Shown one piece after another: positions 60,985-64,000 of a DNA stretch of 64,000 nucleotides (its first letter is position 1; each line of letters begins with the position of its first letter). The stretch comes from an uncultured delta proteobacterium (GTDB taxonomy: Bacteria > Desulfobacterota > BSN033 > UBA1163), in NCBI GenBank assembly GCA_963827685.1, contig CAWHBU010000002.1, positions 768,001 through 832,000 of the forward strand, written 5' to 3'. The notes beneath the pieces were generated by a model. That model was not told the DNA's origin, did no database searches, and saw nothing but the letters and a program-made list of their open reading frames with translations. The position numbers were made by a program, and so were the translations under genes.

Positions 60985-62040
60985 CTATTCATTAAGAAAT
61001 TCAACTCTCCCGGGTCTTCCTATTTCTCCCCGCCTTTGAACCTTCACCTCCAAGAAATGACCAATAGCCCACACACTTGTGAGAAGATGTTCTGTTATTT
61101 GGCTGGTGGTAAAGGAAGAGTTACCTTTCGCCATAGCTACGAAAGGGATAAGTTGGTCTGCTAAGTGAGGGTCAATACAACCATCCGATTCCATATAATT
61201 TTTCAATGAATCCACGGCTTCATCGGCCACTTTCTCGGCAGGTTTTCCTCTTGCACCTAAAGACGAAAATCCTGCGAATGTCTTTTCATATTCAGCTAAC
61301 AAGAACAGGAAAGAACCTGGTCCATTCGAAGGAACATCCTGCAGGATGGTAATCTCACCATCGATCTTCAGGTCCCTCCGAATCCTCTCAAAGGCTTGCT
61401 GCTTTTGTCTCTCTGTCACATGTTTAGGAAGGTTGGAGGAAGCAGAAATTCCGCGAATCTTTTTCAGTGAGCCCCGGTCAACCAAGGAAATTGGCTTAAG
61501 TCCGTGAACGGGATTGATTTCCAATTCAATCTTGCCTCCTCCTTTTGGATAGAACCCCCACTTTTCAATGGCGGCGTTGGCGGATACTCCCATCCATTGG
61601 AGAATGGGCAATAGAACCTCAGAGAGATAATGAAAAGATGGACTCCAAGGGACATGGGTACCACCGACCAAGGTCAACCTTGACTTTTCATTGGCCAAAC
61701 AAAGAGGAAGAAAAAGGGCTTGAAGGAGGAGTGAGACTGATCCCGCTGTCCTCACTTCGAATTGATAATCTCCCGGTAGAATCTTTTGGGGAATGAAAGT
61801 AATTTTCTGTGACCCAAATCTAACCCCTTCTGTCTGAGCTTCTGTAATTCTAGACAACGCTTCTACGGCTACCAAATGCTGGGCTTGAAGACCGGGGTTC
61901 TTTCGCTTTGATCGAATGTGGTGGATGGTGAAGGGTTTCTTCAGAATAGCTGAGAGGGCAAGAGCCGTCCTTAATATCTGCCCTCCCCCTTCCCCATAAG
62001 ACCCATCAATTTCAACAGGCTTTCCTTCTGCAACAACCAT
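60985..62040 (-). CDS. rtcA: RNA 3'-terminal phosphate cyclase
   Basis: IDGSYGEGGGQILRTAL, PGLQAQH, GGTHVPWSP, GFYPKGGG, HLADQL, ITEHLLT; start 62040 preferred over 62124. Confidence 0.95.
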   Translation of the reverse strand: MVVAEGKPVEIDGSYGEGGGQILRTALALSAILKKPFTIHHIRSKRKNPGLQAQHLVAVEALSRITEAQTEGVRFGSQKITFIPQKILPGDYQFEVRTAGSVSLLLQALFLPLCLANEKSRLTLVGGTHVPWSPSFHYLSEVLLPILQWMGVSANAAIEKWGFYPKGGGKIELEINPVHGLKPISLVDRGSLKKIRGISASSNLPKHVTERQKQQAFERIRRDLKIDGEITILQDVPSNGPGSFLFLLAEYEKTFAGFSSLGARGKPAEKVADEAVDSLKNYMESDGCIDPHLADQLIPFVAMAKGNSSFTTSQITEHLLTSVWAIGHFLEVKVQRRGEIGRPGRVEFLNE

Positions 62041-62149
62041 TTCTAATAACTTATTAAAAAGGTCATCCAATGTCAATTCAATTTGACGCCAGCGAGAAAA
62101 GGAGTTACATCCGATCCATTTCATGTTAATCTATTAGAAAATATTTTTG

Positions 62150-62920
62150 ATGGAGTATAGCGTTTTGGCTGAATTGATCATCATAGGCTCGGGAACTGGA
62201 ATTCCCTCTTTAAAGAGAGGTTCTCCAGGTCTTGTCGTCCTCTCGGATAGCTCGACCTTATTGATCGATAGTGGGCCTGGAGCCTTGAGGAAGATGCTGG
62301 AGGTTGGGATAACCTACCAGGATATTGACGTTCTCCTCTATACCCACATTCACCCAGACCATGTTTCTGACCTCGTTCACGTTCTCTTTGTATGTAAATA
62401 TGCAGATCTTCCGCGGGAAAAAGAACTATTGTGCATTGGAGGGCCTGGATTTAAATCTTATTTTGAGAGATTGAAGAACCTTTATGGCTCCTGGATTGAA
62501 CCCCTATCTTACCGATTGACCATCAAAGAGATCTCTCAAGAACCCCTTCTCTATCGGGACATGAGAATCATTTCAAAACCCATGGCCCACATTTCTGAAA
62601 GCGTTGGCTATCGGATCAAGTTTAACGATGGCAAATCGATGGCCATTTCTGGGGACACGGATTATTGTCAAAATATTATTGATCTGGCCTCTGAAGTGGA
62701 CCTCCTTGTTCTCGAGTGTTCTTTCCCTGATGGGAAGAAAGTAGAAGGCCACCTCACCCCTTCGTTGGCTGGAAGAATTGCAATAGAATCGCGCTGTAAA
62801 AAAGTTCTTCTCACCCATCTCTATCCAGTTTGTGACCAATTTGATATCGTGAAGCAATGTAAGCAAGTTTATCGAGGTCAAGTCATTTTGGGAGAGGACC
62901 TTTTGAGGATTCAGATTTAG
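62150..62920 (+). CDS. Metallo-beta-lactamase-fold hydrolase, RNase Z/BN-like
   Basis: GSGTGIP, THIHPDH (HxHxDH), SGDT, LECS, GHLTP, LTHLYP. Confidence 0.85.
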   Translation: MEYSVLAELIIIGSGTGIPSLKRGSPGLVVLSDSSTLLIDSGPGALRKMLEVGITYQDIDVLLYTHIHPDHVSDLVHVLFVCKYADLPREKELLCIGGPGFKSYFERLKNLYGSWIEPLSYRLTIKEISQEPLLYRDMRIISKPMAHISESVGYRIKFNDGKSMAISGDTDYCQNIIDLASEVDLLVLECSFPDGKKVEGHLTPSLAGRIAIESRCKKVLLTHLYPVCDQFDIVKQCKQVYRGQVILGEDLLRIQI

Positions 62921-62935
62921 ACTTTTTGGAATGAT

Positions 62936-62964
62936 TTGACAATCCCTCTCTTTTGTGGGATACT
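62936..62964 (+). promoter_or_regulatory. Sigma-70-type promoter for nfeD
   Basis: TTGACA-N17-GATACT with TGn extension. Confidence 0.5.
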
Positions 62965-62985
62965 GATATTTTGGGAGGAGAAATC

Positions 62986-64000
62986 TTGAAAAGATACAAG
63001 CTCTTATTGATTCTTTCCATCTTTTTCATGTTTGCGTTTGCTGCTGCAATTCCAAGCCAAGAGAAGGCACCAGTCTTTACCATCGAGGTAGATGGAATTA
63101 TAAACCCCGCCACTGCAAAGTTTATTACGGATTCGATCGATCAAGCCACTAAAGAAGGTGCCCAATGTTTGATTATTCAGCTCGATACCCCTGGAGGGTT
63201 GCTGGAGTCGACAAGGATGATCGTTAAAAAGATGCTTACCTCTAATATCCCGATCATTGTATATGTGTCTCCCAGCGGCGCAAGGGCGGCTTCTGCTGGC
63301 GTATTTGTCACCATGGCTGCACACATCGCCGTGATGGCTCCTGGCACTCACATCGGAGCAGCCCATCCCGTCACATTGGGAGGAGAAGGAAAAGAAAACA
63401 AAACGATGACGGAAAAAATCGTCAACGACACGGCTGCCTTCGTTAAGAATATTGCCAAGACCCGAGGGAGAAATGCGGATTGGGCTGAAAAGGCGGTAGT
63501 GAAAAGTGTCTCCATCACTGAGGATGAGGCGGTCAAACTTAATGTCATCGATTTTATTAGCCCTGATCTTCAGAACCTTCTCGCCAGTCTTGACGGTAAG
63601 ATTGTAAAATTCGATGGCGGCACCCGAACCCTTCAAACGAAGGGAATTCAACCCAAACCAATTCAGATGAGCTGGCGCGAAAAACTTCTGGATGTCATTT
63701 CTAATCCTCAGATTGCCTACTACCTTCTCATGTTAGGGGGGATGGGAATCTTTTTCGAATTATCAAATCCTGGAGTCATTCTTCCTGGGGTAGTTGGGGG
63801 AATTTTCCTTATCCTCGCTTTCTACGCATTGCAGGTGCTTCCGGTCAATTATGCCGGCTTGGCGCTGATCCTATTCGCCATCATCCTATTCATTGCCGAA
63901 ATCAAAGTGGTCAGTCATGGATTGTTAGCGGTGGGTGGCGTTATCTCCCTTTTCTTAGGTTCACTGATGTTATTTCAAAGTCCAGCTGAATATATGAGAC
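62986..64000 (+). CDS. nfeD: NfeD-family membrane-bound ClpP-class protease (3' truncated by window)
   Basis: Hand translation from TTG 62986 (GGAGGAG RBS): signal peptide, VDGIINP, LDTPGGL, GARAASAG, APGTHIGAAHPV, ELSNPGVILPGVVG; absent from ORF track. Confidence 0.9.
   Translation, partial: MKRYKLLLILSIFFMFAFAAAIPSQEKAPVFTIEVDGIINPATAKFITDSIDQATKEGAQCLIIQLDTPGGLLESTRMIVKKMLTSNIPIIVYVSPSGARAASAGVFVTMAAHIAVMAPGTHIGAAHPVTLGGEGKENKTMTEKIVNDTAAFVKNIAKTRGRNADWAEKAVVKSVSITEDEAVKLNVIDFISPDLQNLLASLDGKIVKFDGGTRTLQTKGIQPKPIQMSWREKLLDVISNPQIAYYLLMLGGMGIFFELSNPGVILPGVVGGIFLILAFYALQVLPVNYAGLALILFAIILFIAEIKVVSHGLLAVGGVISLFLGSLMLFQSPAEYMR

Noticed and set aside
63004-63651. 215-aa minus-strand ORF and the many other short overlapping ORFs in the track
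   Set aside because: Antisense or alternate-frame shadows of well-supported genes (here nfeD), with no recognisable motifs.

Overview
Bacterial chromosomal segment of moderate GC. Gene content and order (pilB-pilT-pilC-pilS-pilR; pilD next to an HK/RR pair; DUF4388; long-form HflX) suggest a Desulfobacterota/deltaproteobacterial genome; this is inference. 1-29.6 kb is a type IVa pilin and surface-glycosylation island: three pilins behind a sigma-54 promoter, two polyprenyl-phosphate-type GT2s, four GT4s, four SAM methyltransferases, two AsnB-like amidotransferases, a frameshifted MurJ-like flippase, four GT-C-like membrane proteins (one TMTC-like TPR enzyme abutting pilD), a MarR-type regulator and two four-helix-bundle genes. 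29.7-38.5 kb holds PBP1A, tRNA-Leu(CAG), ribF, lepB, a C-N hydrolase, an intact IS1202-like element with 17-bp target duplication, and a CusRS-like pair. 38.7-46.2 kb is pilBTC-pilSR. 46.5-64 kb is housekeeping (mutL, accA, dnaE, guaA, guaB, hflX, rtcA, RNase Z-like, nfeD). Most notable signals: (i) four-helix-bundle genes wrapped in inverted arrays of degenerate 7-8-nt repeats, with several gene-less arrays at other operon junctions; (ii) an oriented ~27-31-bp motif in three copies at glycan/pilus loci; (iii) a candidate polyprenyl-P/GT-C (TMTC-like) pilin glycosylation pathway; (iv) hflX apparently starting at ATT. Three single-base frameshifts at short G/C runs (murJ-like, accA, TPR gene) look like assembly errors. 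All family calls come from motif recognition, not database searches.
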